NCBI GenBank assembly: GCA_964016885.1
Contig: OZ024742.1
Span: 161,200,001 to 161,264,000, forward strand
Length of the DNA: 64,000 nucleotides
Direction: 5' to 3'
Source of the DNA: Eledone cirrhosa
Taxonomy: Eukaryota
The notes under the pieces were generated by a model that was not told the origin of the DNA, searched no databases, and saw only the letters and a program-made list of their open reading frames with translations. How positions within the stretch are numbered: position 1 is the stretch's first letter; the number at the start of each line of letters is the position of its first letter. Positions 26,373 to 40,979 of the stretch are shown here, one piece after another. Made by a program: the position numbers and the translations under genes.

Positions 26373-28266
26373 TTGGCGGCGGTCCTCGAGGCAGCCGGTT
26401 TTGGGCCCGTTTTCAGGGGTTGGATCGCTGCGATGTACAGCTCAGTTGTAAGGGTGAACGGTCACTTGTCCCAGCCGTTCAGCATCATGAGCTCGGTCCG
26501 CCAGGGTTGTCCCCTCTCGTCCCTCTTGTATGTATTGGCTCTCGAGCTGTTACTGCACAAACTGGGGGGCGATGAGGGGCTACCCACGCGAACTAGGATG
26601 CGGGAAATCCGACAGGCTTACGCCAACGGCGTCACCGTGGTGGTGTCGAGCACCAGACACGACCAGATGCTCGGCACCGCTCTCAAGAAATACGAAGCGG
26701 TGACAGGAGCAAAGATAAACCAGGAAAAGTCGGTGGGCTTGCAGCTCGGCACCTGGAGAGGCAAGTCCATGCCGTCCGACAGCGTCATGTGGAGTTGGAC
26801 GGACGGACCGGTTGAATTGCTCGGGGTCTGGTTTGGACCGGACCTCCAGATGGAGAAAAACTGGAGCGAGGTGACGAGCAGAGTGGCCTCCCTCACCCAG
26901 AAATGGACCGAGAGGAAACTGTCCCTGAAAGGCCGGACGGAGGTGGCGAATGCCTACATCGCATCCCTCATCTGCTACCGCCTCACCGTCGTCCCTTGCC
27001 CCGGCCCAACTTTCACCAAAATGGAGCGCCTCCTCTACCGCTTTTTGTGGAAGGGACGCGCTCCCATGGTCAGACGATCCATCTGCTATCAACACCCGTT
27101 GCGTGGAGGACTGGGCATGCCATGGCTGATGATGCGCAAACATGCGCTGAGGCTGCGACATCTCTGGTGCTTCCTTGACGGTGAACAGGTGTGGTCGCCG
27201 TTCGCCAGGCACGTTTTCCCACAGCTCGTCTCTTTGACGGAGCTGCAGTCCTGGGATAGACCGAGGGATAGCGCTTGGAAACTGGAATGTCTCCAGCCAC
27301 TCACCGCCCTCTGCCAGCTGGGCACCAGTATCGGTGGAACATTCACCTCGGCGTTCTATAGAGGACTAGTGGGGGGGGAGCGACGACGTTCTCGGAGAGA
27401 TCCTGGGCGTCGAAGAAGATCAGCTGTTTGCTCTCTTCCGGAGAACTTTCAGCCCAGGGCCTATGGATAACTTCCCAAAATCCCTGGCCTGGCAGTGCTA
27501 CCGGGGTGCGTTGCCGGTTCGAGATAAGCTCTACAGGCACGGAAGTGCCGTCAGCCGAGCCTGTCCGAGATGCGCGCAGAGCAACGAAACCGTCGTGCAC
27601 GCAGTCGTTCAGTGCCCGAGCATTGCTGACTTGTGGATCTATGTCAAACAGATGCTGTCGCACGTAGGACTGATCCGGTTATCGACTGAGTCAATTGTGC
27701 AGATGGTCTCGCCGTCTTCCTTCGAGGAGGAAAGGCAAGCGGTTTTTATCTGCCTGGTGGCCATGGCGAAAGAGATTGTGTGGTGGATAAGGTTGAAAGG
27801 GTTAAAGACAGAAACTTTCCTCTTCGGCGAATCCATAATTAACTTTTTCAAGTTTCACTTGAAGAGGAAAATCAGAGTGGAGAGGCAAGTGCTGCCTTCT
27901 AGCAAGTTTGTTGAAATGTGGGTGAATGTAGTGAGAAAGGTCCGAGTAAACGGGACCGCTCTGAATATACGCCTGTAGTTTGAGAAATGGAAAAATTGAG
28001 AGAGGGCGCTTGCCCTGGTGGTCAGGGTAGCCGTGGTCTTTTGTGTGGTTTTCGCCACGAGTAACCCTCGGAGGTTTCCCCCCTATTGGGGAATTTTTCA
28101 TTGTTTCAATTTTTATTTTTATTGTTTATATATATATATATGTTTCTATGTCTTTTTTTTCTTTTCTTATATAAATAATAAAACATACACAAAACCCACA
28201 TCGTACCGTCCTGTACCGTCTGTAATGTTTTTCTTGATGTCAGCCCTTGTGGCCAATAAAGAAATC
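26373..28266 (+). mobile_element. Tx1/L1-clade LINE copy 2, 5'-truncated
   Basis: VRQGCPLS, degenerate AYANG, C-terminal CCHC, AATAAA followed by (ATT)n. Confidence 0.9.
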
Positions 28267-28661
28267 ATTATTATTATTATTGAATGCCATGGTTGACGGA
28301 GGCTCGGCTCTGTAAAGTATAGTAATTTTTAAACGCTATAACAATTGTAAATTGTTTAAAACTTTAACCAAATTGTAGATCAAAACACCCTCCTCCTCGT
28401 GAGAGGGGTCTTTCTGCCCGTTATTTGGCCCTTCGGGGTTAAATAACCGCTTATTGGGGTTTTGTGCCCAATATTCATTTTAAACCCAAAGGAACATGGC
28501 TACAAAAAAAATGTTCACAAGTCACTCCCACTCATTCCGTCTTCTTCTTCCTCAATCGTCACTACATCAGAGAGAAGATTGTCTCTCTCCCTCCCTTCTC
28601 TTTCGCAAGCGACGCCAGTAAAGAAAAAGAAAAATATAATTTCGATAGTTTCTAAGAGTAC

Positions 28662-28841
28662 GTGCATACCGTGGAACATTTCTCCACGACAACGACGAAA
28701 AATGTGGCCGGTAAATATGGAAAGCCATTTCATTCGTCTGACGTCATGAATAATAGCAGTAGCAGCCGTAATAACAGCAGCAGCAGCAACAGTGACAAGG
28801 AAAACAATAGTAGCAGCCGCAACAGCATCAGCAGCAGCATA

Positions 28842-28872
<31 letters not shown>

Positions 28873-30606
28873 ACAACAACAGCAGCAGCAACAACAACCA
28901 CAGCAACAGCGGCGGCAGCAGTCGTGGTACCAGCAGCAACAACAAAAGTAACAGCAGCTCTGACGACAACAACAACAAGAAAGAAAAACCAATCTCGTTT
29001 GCAGGTATCGCAAAGAACCTGGAAACCATCCTTATAACAAATGAGGAATTACAGGAAGCAAAGAAGATGGTGACGAAAACCGGACACCGAGCAATCTGCA
29101 AGGCAGCCGAAAAATTTTTAGAAACCCAACAGCACTGTACGGTCACGTACCGTACAGTAAGCACAAAATCCCGTAGGGTTGAAAGAGCCATAGAGGCTCA
29201 AATACAAAAAACCTTAGGGTCAGTGTGGCAGAGGAAAACGCATATCACCCGAGGCAAGAAATATGCCACCGTGGACGTGATTTTTGCCACACCCCAGGAG
29301 GCAAAGGCTCAATCCTTAGTAACCCTAAGGAACGAGGAAATGGTGTTGGTGCCCTCCTACTGCGGACAAAAAATCTTGAGGGTCAAACTGACCCCCCCCC
29401 CCCCCGGGATGGCCCCTTCTTGGCTGTCGCGTCTGTCCTCGTCGGAATCGAGGACAAAACAACCGTACTGTAAGTACAGAAAAAAGTACGAGAAGATTGG
29501 GTCGGCACCTCCATTGAGATGTGTTAATCCAAACCAACCAGGAATGCATCGAAGCTATCCCGGATGTGATAGACTTCGATAACGGCACTCAACTGCCCAA
29601 AAGTGCTGAGGGCAAACGCCCGAAATGCTTTCGCCGTGGATCGAAAACTCACCTCAGGGCCTTCTGCAATGAGAAGACCCTGAGAAAGGAGAAAACCCCC
29701 CTCCTTCCGAAACCGGCTCCACTGCTACCAGCAACAGGACAGGCGGCAACCAGGAAGGATAGGTCCGTGGCACCCATACCCACGCCACGGAAATCAAGAA
29801 CAGCAGCAGCAGTGGAAGTATTAACAACAACAGTAATACCAACTGCAGCTGTAACAGAGACTCCACTGCAAACAGCACCAACAACAACAAGTGAAAGAGT
29901 GGAGCTGGTACCCCTCCCCGACCTCACAGAATCGGACATGGAGTGTGAGGTGGGAGAGGGATGGCAAAAGGTCGCAAGAAGGCACAAACGCAGAAGCAGC
30001 GCATCGTCGCCTTCGTAAAGGGAGGAAAGAAATGAAAAAAAGGTAAAGGCTACTGCAAAGAGACTTACAGCAGCAACACCACCAACACCATCACCACCCA
30101 CACTAGCACCACCATCACCACCGGCGGCAACCCCACCGCAAACAACAACAACACCTTCAACACCACCACCACAAGCACCAACATCGCAAACACAACAAAA
30201 CACACACACCCCGCAACAACGACAAGAAAATAGCAGAACCACACCGCACCCCCAGAAAAACAAATGCACAGCAATAAATACACACAACAAGAAACTAATG
30301 ACTTACATAATTGAACACACAGACATTTCACTGCACGACTACATAATACCAGCACCAATCAAAACACCAACGAACATAAGACTGGTAAGAATAGCACAGA
30401 AGCAATACACAAACATTAAAACGAAATTCCCCAACGCAGTTGGTGATTTCAGAAACCTAGGAGGGACACTCAACCGGAGAGTATATTCGGATATACTCAC
30501 AGAAGAGCCGACGACCAGCCGAAGGGACGATTCAACGGTCCCTTCACCAGATGATCAAGTGAAAAGGGATGGAGAAACCATCCTTCCTCTACGAGAAGTA
30601 AGGTAA
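28662..30606 (+). pseudogene. Tx1 ORF1 (gag-like), frameshifted; N/S-rich repeat and degenerate zinc knuckle
   Basis: ORF pieces 28662-29582, 29521-30018 and 30298-30606. KCFRRGSKTHLRAFC resembles CX2CX4HX4C. WQKV motif. P/T-rich linker. Confidence 0.7.
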
Positions 30607-30640
30607 GTGGTCTTTCCCATCTTTTCCACTCCATTTCAAC

Positions 30641-33600
30641 ATGACCTCACTCAGAATAGGCAGCATAAATGCGCGTGGCTTGGGGTCGTCATGGAAGCAG
30701 GGCCACCTGCTCAACGACCTCAGGTCACTAAACATAGATGTAGTGGCCATCGGCGAGACCAGAATCTCCGAAGCACGGGCCTTCGCACCGATCTTCGGCG
30801 GCTACGATATGTACGCATCTCCCAGACGTCCTGGATCGGGGGGAGGAGTTGCTGTGCTTTTTCGGAGAGGTTTGGATCTCGCCATACGGGCCATCTTCCT
30901 GGACCCAGAAGTTAATTTGGTGGTGCTGGACGTGACCAGCGGGGACGGGCAAGCTTTCAGGCTAGTGGCCGTCTATGCCCCGACAGGAGCAGGGCGGCCT
31001 CATTTCTTCCGGCGTCTGGAGACCTTTCTAGGAACGTGCCACTCTTTAGTGTTAGTGGGCGACTGGAACGGGATCTTAGATGCACGCTGGGACTGTGTGG
31101 AGTTAGCGGATAGGGGAGGAGGGTGCAAGAGCCTCACCAACCTGATCAGGCGTTTTGAACTGTCTGACAGGTACCGATTGGATTTCCCGAATGTGCCAAT
31201 GTGGACTTGGACAAACCGCATAGGGTCATCCAGATCATATCTAGATAGAGTATTTTGTAGGGAAATAGATAGGTCTAGCATAGGCTGTCCACAATTCAAG
31301 ATAGTCAGCTACACGGACCACAAATTCGTGATTTGTGTGCTTGACTTAGATAGGCGTCATAGACGAGGACCCGGCTACTGGAAGCTAAACGCGTCCTTAC
31401 CAGCGCGCAAGGCCTACAGAGACCGGATTAGCGAACTAGTTAAGCGGGCGTTGACGGGGGCCATCGTCAACAATAAGTGGTGGTTTGCTCTGAAAAGAGC
31501 AATTAGAATAGAGTCCATTAGATTTAGTAAGGCAATAGAGAAAAATAGAGCAGAGGGAGAACTAGTTAGAAAATTAGACGAGGCGCTTAGCAAAGTCATC
31601 GCGACCGACGTACTTGCGGCGAAATTGGCCCTTGACCAATTCTTCAATTCAAAGCACGAAGGCTGCGTTGTCAGAGCTAGGGTGCGTGCTCTCAGACACG
31701 AGGGGACGAAAGCCGTTCAATGGGCCCGAGTGGCGGAGGCGCGTCGTGGCAACACAGCCACGATCCGGTCTTTCGTGGACCACGACGGGCACATGTTACT
31801 CGATCCCGGTCAAATGTGTGAAGCTTTTCAGCGACACTTCGTTCAGCTGTTCGGGGGAAGCGGTGAGCCGGGTCGAGGGATGGACTTTAGTGTCTACCTC
31901 GACGGACTGCCGCGGCTCTCGGCCACTGAGGCGGAGTGTTGCGAAAAGCCGATAACAGCCGCTGAAGTACGGGGGGCAATGACTGGCTGCACAAGGAGTA
32001 AATCGCCTGGTTTGGATGGTCTGCCCTATGAACTTTACGTACAGATGCGAGACTTGTTCGGAGCCCTCTTGGCGGACGTCTACTGCAACTAGCAACAGAA
32101 CGGGAGAATTCCCAGCTCTGTGAGCCGAGGAACGGTGGCGCTGCTGAGAAAGGATCCGAACAAGGGGGATAACATAGATAATTTCAGGCCCATAACTCTG
32201 CTCAGAGTTAAAGATTTTGGCCAAGGTGCTAGCAAAGAGGTTGGCGCTTGTCGTTGGTGATCTGGTGGGAGAGGCGCAGACATGCGCCATTCCCGACAGA
32301 TCCATCCACGACAACCTCCACCTCATGCGATACATCGTAGAGAGGATAGCTAGGGAACCTGGCACGGGTTGGTCGTTGATCAATTTAGATCAGTCGAAAG
32401 CTTTCGATAGGGTCGACCATCGTTACCTAGCGGCAGTCCTGAAGGCGGTTGGCTTTGTGCCCGTCTTCAGAGGCTGGATCGCTGCCATGCACAGCGACAT
32501 CTGCTATGTGGTGAGAGTGAACGGTCACCTTTCGGAACTGTTCAACATCATGCGCTCGGTCCGCCAAGGATGTCCCCTGTCGTCCCTCTTGTACGTATTG
32601 ACTCTCGAGCCATTACTGCACAAACTGGAGACGTTGAGGGGCGTCCCGCGCGAACTAGAATGCGGAAGATCCGTGTTAGCATATGCGGACGATGTCACCG
32701 TAGTGGTGTCGAACGCCAAACACATCGAGGCGATCGGCACTACACTAAGAGAATACGAAGCGGTGACAGGAGCAATGATCAACCAGGAAAAGTCAGTGGG
32801 CCTGCAGCTCGACACCTGGAGAGGCAGGTCCATGCCGTCCAACAGCGTCGTCGGGCGCTGGACGGACGGACCAGTTAAATTGCTAGGGGTCTGGTTCGGT
32901 CCGGACCTCCAGACGGACAAAAACTGGGTTGAGGTGACGAGCAGGGTGGCTTCTCTCACCCAGAAATGGGTGGAGAGGAAGCTATCCCTGAAAGGTCGAG
33001 CGGAAGTGGCTAACGCGTACATCGCGTCCGTCATCTACTACCGCCTGACCGTCGTACCTTGTCCTAAGCCCCGCCTGACTGCGCTGGAGCATTTGCTCTT
33101 TCGCTTTTTGTGGAAGGGACGCGCTCCGATGGTCAGGCGGTCCATCTGTTGTCAACACCCGCCACGTGGAGGGCTGGACATGCCGTGGCTGATGATGCGC
33201 AGACACGCGCTCAGGCTACGACATCTCCACCTCTTCCTCGACGATTCAGGTGTGGTCGCCGTTTGCGAGACGCGTCTTTCCCCAGCTCGTCTCCTTGACG
33301 GAGCTGCAGTCCTGGGTCAAGCGAAGACCGAGAGGGAGCGCTTGAAGACTGGAATGTCTTCAGGCGCTCACAGCCCTCGACCAATCGGGCAATGTGATCG
33401 GTGGAAACTCCACCTCGGCGTTCTATAGAGGATTAGTGGAGGGGAAAAGCGACGACGTACTTGGGGGAACTCTAGGCCTCGACGAAAATCAACTAGCCAA
33501 TATCTTCAGAAGAACTTTCGGGCCGGGGCCTATGGACAACTTCCAGAAATCCTTGGCCTGGCAGTGTTACCCAGGAGCCTTGCCAGTTCGGGATAAACTC

Positions 33601-34045
33601 TACAGGCATGGAGGTGCCGTCAGCCGGGCATGTCCGAGATGCGCGCAGGGCGACGAAACCGTCCTGCACTCACTCGTCCAGTGTCCGAGAATTGCTGACT
33701 TGTGGGTTTATGTCGAACACCTGCTGTCGCGTGTAGGACAGATCCGGCTATCAGCTGAGTCCATCGTGAGGATGCCCCGCCCTCTTACTTTAGCCGGGAA
33801 GGGCAGGCAGTTTTTATCTGTCTGGTGGCCATGGTGAAAGAGATAGCATGGTGGACACGTTTGAAAGGGCTGAAGACGAGCACTTACCTCTTCGGTGATG
33901 CCCTGATTGACTTTTTCAAATTTCATTTGAAAAGGAAAATCAGGGTGAGAGGGAAGTGCTCTCTTCCCAGCATTTTGTTGAAAGATGGGTGAGAGAAGCA
34001 AGAATGGCCCGAGTGAATGGGCCTACTCTGAGTATGTGTCTGTAA
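30641..34045 (+). pseudogene. Tx1 ORF2 (APE-RT-CCHC) with a stop at 32090 and frameshifts
   Basis: SINARGL, GETR, GDWN, WTW, SYLDR, TDH, KSPGLDGLPYELY, LDQSKAFDRVDH, AYADDV, CPRC. Confidence 0.92.
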
Positions 34046-34345
34046 ATTAAAGGTGGAAAACTGGGAGAGGGAACTTGCCCTGGTGGTCAGAGTCACTGTG
34101 GCCTTTTAATGGGCTTTCTCCACAAATGTCCCTCGGAAGTCTCCCCCCTATTGGGGAATTTTTCATTGTTATTTTTTTGTTACATCCTCTGTTTTTTTGT
34201 TTTTTACACGCAGAAATGCCCATTTGTACCGTCCTGTATCGTCCTGTACTGTCCTTAATGTCTACTTTATGTAAACCCTTGAGGTTAATAAAGAAAGCAT
34301 TATTATTACTACTATTATTATTATATATCATTGTTATTATTATTA

Positions 34346-34449
34346 TAATTGTGTCTACTTTTGGCACAAGGCCAGCAATTACCCCAGTGCATTACTGGTA
34401 CTTTATTTTATCGACCCCATAAGGATGAAAGGCAAAGTTAACCTCGGCG
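34346..34449 (-). mobile_element. SINE 3' half (Meta-like family)
   Basis: Matches 17228-17330. Confidence 0.8.
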
Positions 34450-35156
34450 ATAACAGAAGTTGCAGCTGCGATTAGCAGATCAGCATCCGATTTTCGAAGG
34501 CTGTCACAAAGCACTCAATGAGAGAGTAGTCAATAAATTACTCCTCGGAGTAAACACAATAGGTTAGGTAATAGTGACATAATAAAAATGCGAAAACACT
34601 CCTATCAAGAGTTTTCCTAGAAATAGCGAAATGAACAGACCTGCTTTGTATCGAACAAATTCTTTTCGTTTCTGCACCTCTCTCTCTCTTTTTATTTATT
34701 TTTTTTCTATTTCTTCTTTAATTTCTCATTCTATATTCTGATGACGGACTAGCATCTGAAACATTAAGACTATTCCTACTAAATTAAGCGTGAAACTAGT
34801 ACATATTTTCATTGAACCTCATCGCCTGTTGTGTTTTTCCGTTTATTTCACACACACACACACACACACACACATTAATATATATATGTGTGTGTGTATA
34901 TATATATATATATACATGTGTGTGTGTAAAAATATTGATACATATACAAAAATACACATTTCGTCTCTATGTATATATGGATATATGTACTGATACATGA
35001 CTGTGTATGCATGTCAATGTGTGTGTTTGCGCGCATATATGTGTGTGTGTGTATATATAGATACGGGTGTGTAAGTTGTAGTAAGTTCCTCCACATTCTT
35101 CACTGTGCTAACAACAGAACAACATTTTCCTTACATTTTAGGAATGGCATTCCTAG

Positions 35157-36490
<1,334 letters not shown>

Positions 36491-37052
36491 GACATCTCAT
36501 TCTCTCTCTCTCCCTCTCTCTCTCTCTATCTCTCTCTCTCTATCTCTCTCTATCTATCTATCTTCATTCATGATTCAATGTGGCTATTCCATTATCACAT
36601 TGACGGAGACTATCCAAATTACCGGGTTTATATCATTATAAATGACATTATATCACTAATAGTTCGTTTATGTTGTTGATAAGAAGATTTATTCTTCGTA
36701 ACTTTCGTAGCTGGGTGTTGAAAATAAGTCACCCCTAGAAGTCATGAAAACACAAAATACGTGTCCACCACTCCTTCACTATTAGCTACCAATGTTTCTG
36801 TAGGTCGGTTCTAATTCACTTAGTTGATAAGTTAATAGAATGTTCAAGAGCATTCTTATCTTTAAAAATTAAAATATCCTTTTTAATACCAACTCGTCTG
36901 AGACCACCCGCACTAAAGTGTCCACATCTCTATCAAAACCTCATCATAGCATACATATACACGTACATACATTTAAAGACGTACGTACATACATACATAC
37001 ATACAAACATACATACATACATACATACATATAGACATACGTACATACATAC

Positions 37053-37697
37053 ATGGTGGTGGCTGCCAACTCGTTTTTGAGTACGGCCACTACTTTATAT
37101 CCATGTAGGAGAACCCCTACCGATGCGGTAAACAAGTATGATTTTTAGTCCAGCCAGCGACTTGAAAACTCTGGTACAAACACTACACCTGTGACAATTA
37201 TTGACACATATTGCTGGGCCCATGGTACCATGTGACGACAAGTGCAGAGAGATCTCCAGGTATAAAGCAATGCCTGTGCTGTGAAGCTTTTATAGTGAGC
37301 AAAGGCACTGCACAAAGCCAGTCCCACTCTCTTAACCAAGATGATATTTACCAAAAAGAAGAACAAGTCAACATCATTGGATACCATCAGGGTTGCAGGT
37401 GTTATATCAGAGTTTTCCTTCTCGTAGAATTCTGCCTTGACAAAGGCTAAGGGGTCATCTCTCCCGGAGATTTTGGATGGCCATTGACTCTTAAGAGCTC
37501 CTTTGCCCTTTGACAAGTTTTGGTTTTAGTCCTGCAGGATGTCCAAAGTCACCCTCCTCACCAGGAAACCTTGGTGGGGTTGCCAGTTTAGTCGCCAACG
37601 ACCCGACCATGGGTCAGGTTGTACTGGAATACATGTTACCAGTAGCACCAATTGGTGACCTGACATACATACATACATACATACATACATACATACA

Positions 37698-37729
<32 letters not shown>

Positions 37730-40271
37730 CATACAATATATGAATACATATATACACACTTACATACAGACGTATGTACGTAAATACATACATACAATAC
37801 ATATATGTATACATACATATAAAGACAGACAACGCGATCAGTCGCATATTTTGGCGTGGGAGACTATTTATTAAATTCTTGTGTGCGCTACAAGATCACA
37901 ATCAACTGCATACAAGAGGTCTGTTATGATTGATGTGAATACTTTTGTCTTTGCAGCAAAGCGCCTGATGTTAAATATGCTGCCTGAGGTTCGATATCGG
38001 ATGTAAACACCATGCTCGCAATTCCTGAATGCAATACAGAAAACCATTGCAAAGTATATGGCAAACAGGGTCGGTGCTGGAATATGCCCGTGTTTCACTC
38101 TATTTTTTACTGAGATAGGCTCCGACATGTTACCTGCGACATTAAGCCAAACCTTCACGCCGTCATGGAAAGACCTAACTAAAGAAAGGAACTTTCCATA
38201 ATGCATCTCTGTTAACAGTATCGAAAGCTTTTCTCAGATCGACAAAAACCTGATACAGATCCAAACCTTGTTCCATGCACTTCTCCTGGAGCTGTCTAGC
38301 TGAGAAGATCATACATACATACATACATACATACATACATACATACATACATACATACATACATACATACATACATACATACATACATACATGGTGGCTA
38401 GCAACTCGTTTTCGAGTACGGCCGCTACTTTATGTCCATGTAGGAGAACCCCTACCGATGCGCTGAACGAGTGACTTTTTAGTTCAGCCAGCGACTTGAA
38501 AACTCTGGCACAAACACTACACTTGTGACAATTATTGACACATAGTGCTGGGCCCATGGTACCATGTGCCGACAAATGCAGAGAGATCTCCAGATATAAA
38601 GCAATGCCTGTGCCGTGAAGCTTTTATAGTGAGCAAAGGCACTGCACAAAGCCAGTCCCACTCTCTTAACCAAGATGATATTTAACAAAAAGAAGAACAA
38701 GTCAACATCATTGGATACCATCAGAGTTTCAGGTGTTATATCAGAGTTTTCCTTCTCCTAGAATTCTGCCTTGACAAAGGCTAAGGGGTCATCTCTCCCG
38801 GTGATTTTGGATGGCCATTGACTCTTAAGAGCTCTTTTGCCCTTTGACAGGTTTTGTTTTTAGTCCTGCAGGATGTCCAAATTCACCCTCCTCACCAAGA
38901 AACCTTGGTGGTGTTGCCAGTTTCGTCGCCAACGACCCGACCATGTGACAGGTTGTACTAGGATACATACATACATACATACATACATACATACATACAT
39001 ACATACATACATACATACATACATGGTGGCTGCCAACTCGTTTTCGAGTACGGCCACTACTTTATATCCATGTAGGAGAACCCCTGCCGATGCGCTGAAC
39101 GAGTGACTTTTTAGTTCAGCCAGCGACTTGAAAACTCTGGCACAAACACTACACTTGTGACAATTATTGACACATATTGCTGGGCCCATGGTACCATGTG
39201 ACGACAAGTGCAGAGAGATCTCCAGGTATAAAGCAATGCCTGTGCCGTGAAGCTTTTATAGTGAGCAAAGGCACTGCACAAAGCCAGTCCCACTCTCTTA
39301 ACCAAGATGATATTTACCAAAAAGAAGAACAAGTCAACATCATTGGATACCATCAGGGTTGCAGGTGTTATATCAGAGTTTTCCTTCTCCTAGAATTCTG
39401 CCTTGACAAAGGCTAAGGGGTCATCTCTCCCGGTGATTTTGGATGGCCATTGACTCTTAAGAGCTCCTTTGCCCTTTGACAGGTTTTGTTTTTAGTCCTT
39501 CAGGATGTCCAAATTCATACTCCTCACCAAGAAACCTTGGTGGTGCTGCTAGTTTAGTCGCCAACGACCCGACCATGTGACAGGTTGTACTGGGATACAT
39601 ATTACTAGTAGCACCAACTGGTGACCTGACATATACATACATACATGGTGGCTGCCAACTCGTTTCCGAGTACGGCCACTATTTTATATGCATGTAGGAG
39701 AACTCCTACCTATGCGCTGAACGAGTGTGACTTTTTAGTCCAGCCAGCGACTTGAAAACTCCGGTACAAACACTACACTTGTGACAATTATTGACACATA
39801 GTGCTGGGCCCTTGGTACCATGTGACGACAAGTGCAGAGAGATCTCCAGACATAAAGCAATGCCTGTGCCGTGAAGCTTTTATAGTGAACAAAGGCACTG
39901 CACAAAGCCAGTCCCACTCTCTTAACCAAGATGTTATTTACCAAAAAGAAGAACAAGTCAACATCATTGGATACCATCAGAGTTTCAGGTGTTATATCAG
40001 AGTTTTCCTTCTCCTACAATTCTGCCTTGACAAAGGTTAAGGGGTCATCTCTCCCGGTGATTTTGGATGGCCATTGACTATTAAGAGCTCCTTTGCCCTT
40101 TGACAGGTTTTGTTTTTAGTCCTGCAGGATGTCCAAATTCACCCTCCTCACCAAGAAACCTTGGTGGGGTTGCCAGTTTAGTCGCCAACGACCCGACCAT
40201 GAGACAGGTTGTACTGGGATACATACATACATACATACATACATACATACATACATACATACATACATACA

Positions 40272-40304
<33 letters not shown>

Positions 40305-40945
40305 GGTGGCTGCCAATTCGTTTTCGAGTACGGCCACTACTTTATATCCATGTAGGAGAACCCCTACCGATGCGCTGAACGAGTGTGACTTTTTAGTCCA
40401 GCCAGCGACTTGAAAACTCTGGTACAAACACTACACTTGTGACAATTATTGACACATAGTACTGAGCCCATGGTACCATGTGATGACAAGTGCAGAGAGA
40501 TCTCCAGATATAAAGCAATGCCTGTGCCGTGAAGCTTTTATAGTGAGCAAAGGCACTGCACAAAGCCAGTCCCACTCTCTTAACCAAGATGATATTTACC
40601 AAAAAGAAGAACAAGTCAACATAATTGGATACCATCAGAGTTTCAGGTGTTATATCAGAGTTTTCCTTCTCCTAGAATTCTGCCTTGACAACGGCTAAGG
40701 GGTCATCTCTCCCGGTGATTTTGGATGGCCATTGACTCTTAAGAGCTCTTTTGCCCTTTGACAGGTTTTGTTTTTAGTCCTGCAGGATATCCAAATTCAC
40801 CTTCCTCACAAAGAAACCTTGGTGGTGTTGCCAGTTTCGTCGCCAACGACCCGACCATGAGACAGGTTGTACTGGGATACATGTTAAAAGTAGCACCAAC
40901 TGGTGACCTGACATACATACATACATACATACATACATACATACA

Positions 40946-40979
<34 letters not shown>

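Larger units (their letters stand above)
28282..34298 (+). mobile_element. Tx1/L1-clade LINE copy 3, near full length (about 6 kb)
   Basis: 5' UTR, ORF1 remnants and ORF2 remnants. AATAAA at 34287. Flanked by (ATT)n on both sides. Confidence 0.9.

Noticed and set aside
28515-30358. Hydrophobic poly-L/V/C ORFs on the minus strand
   Set aside because: Antisense shadows of the low-complexity Tx1 ORF1.
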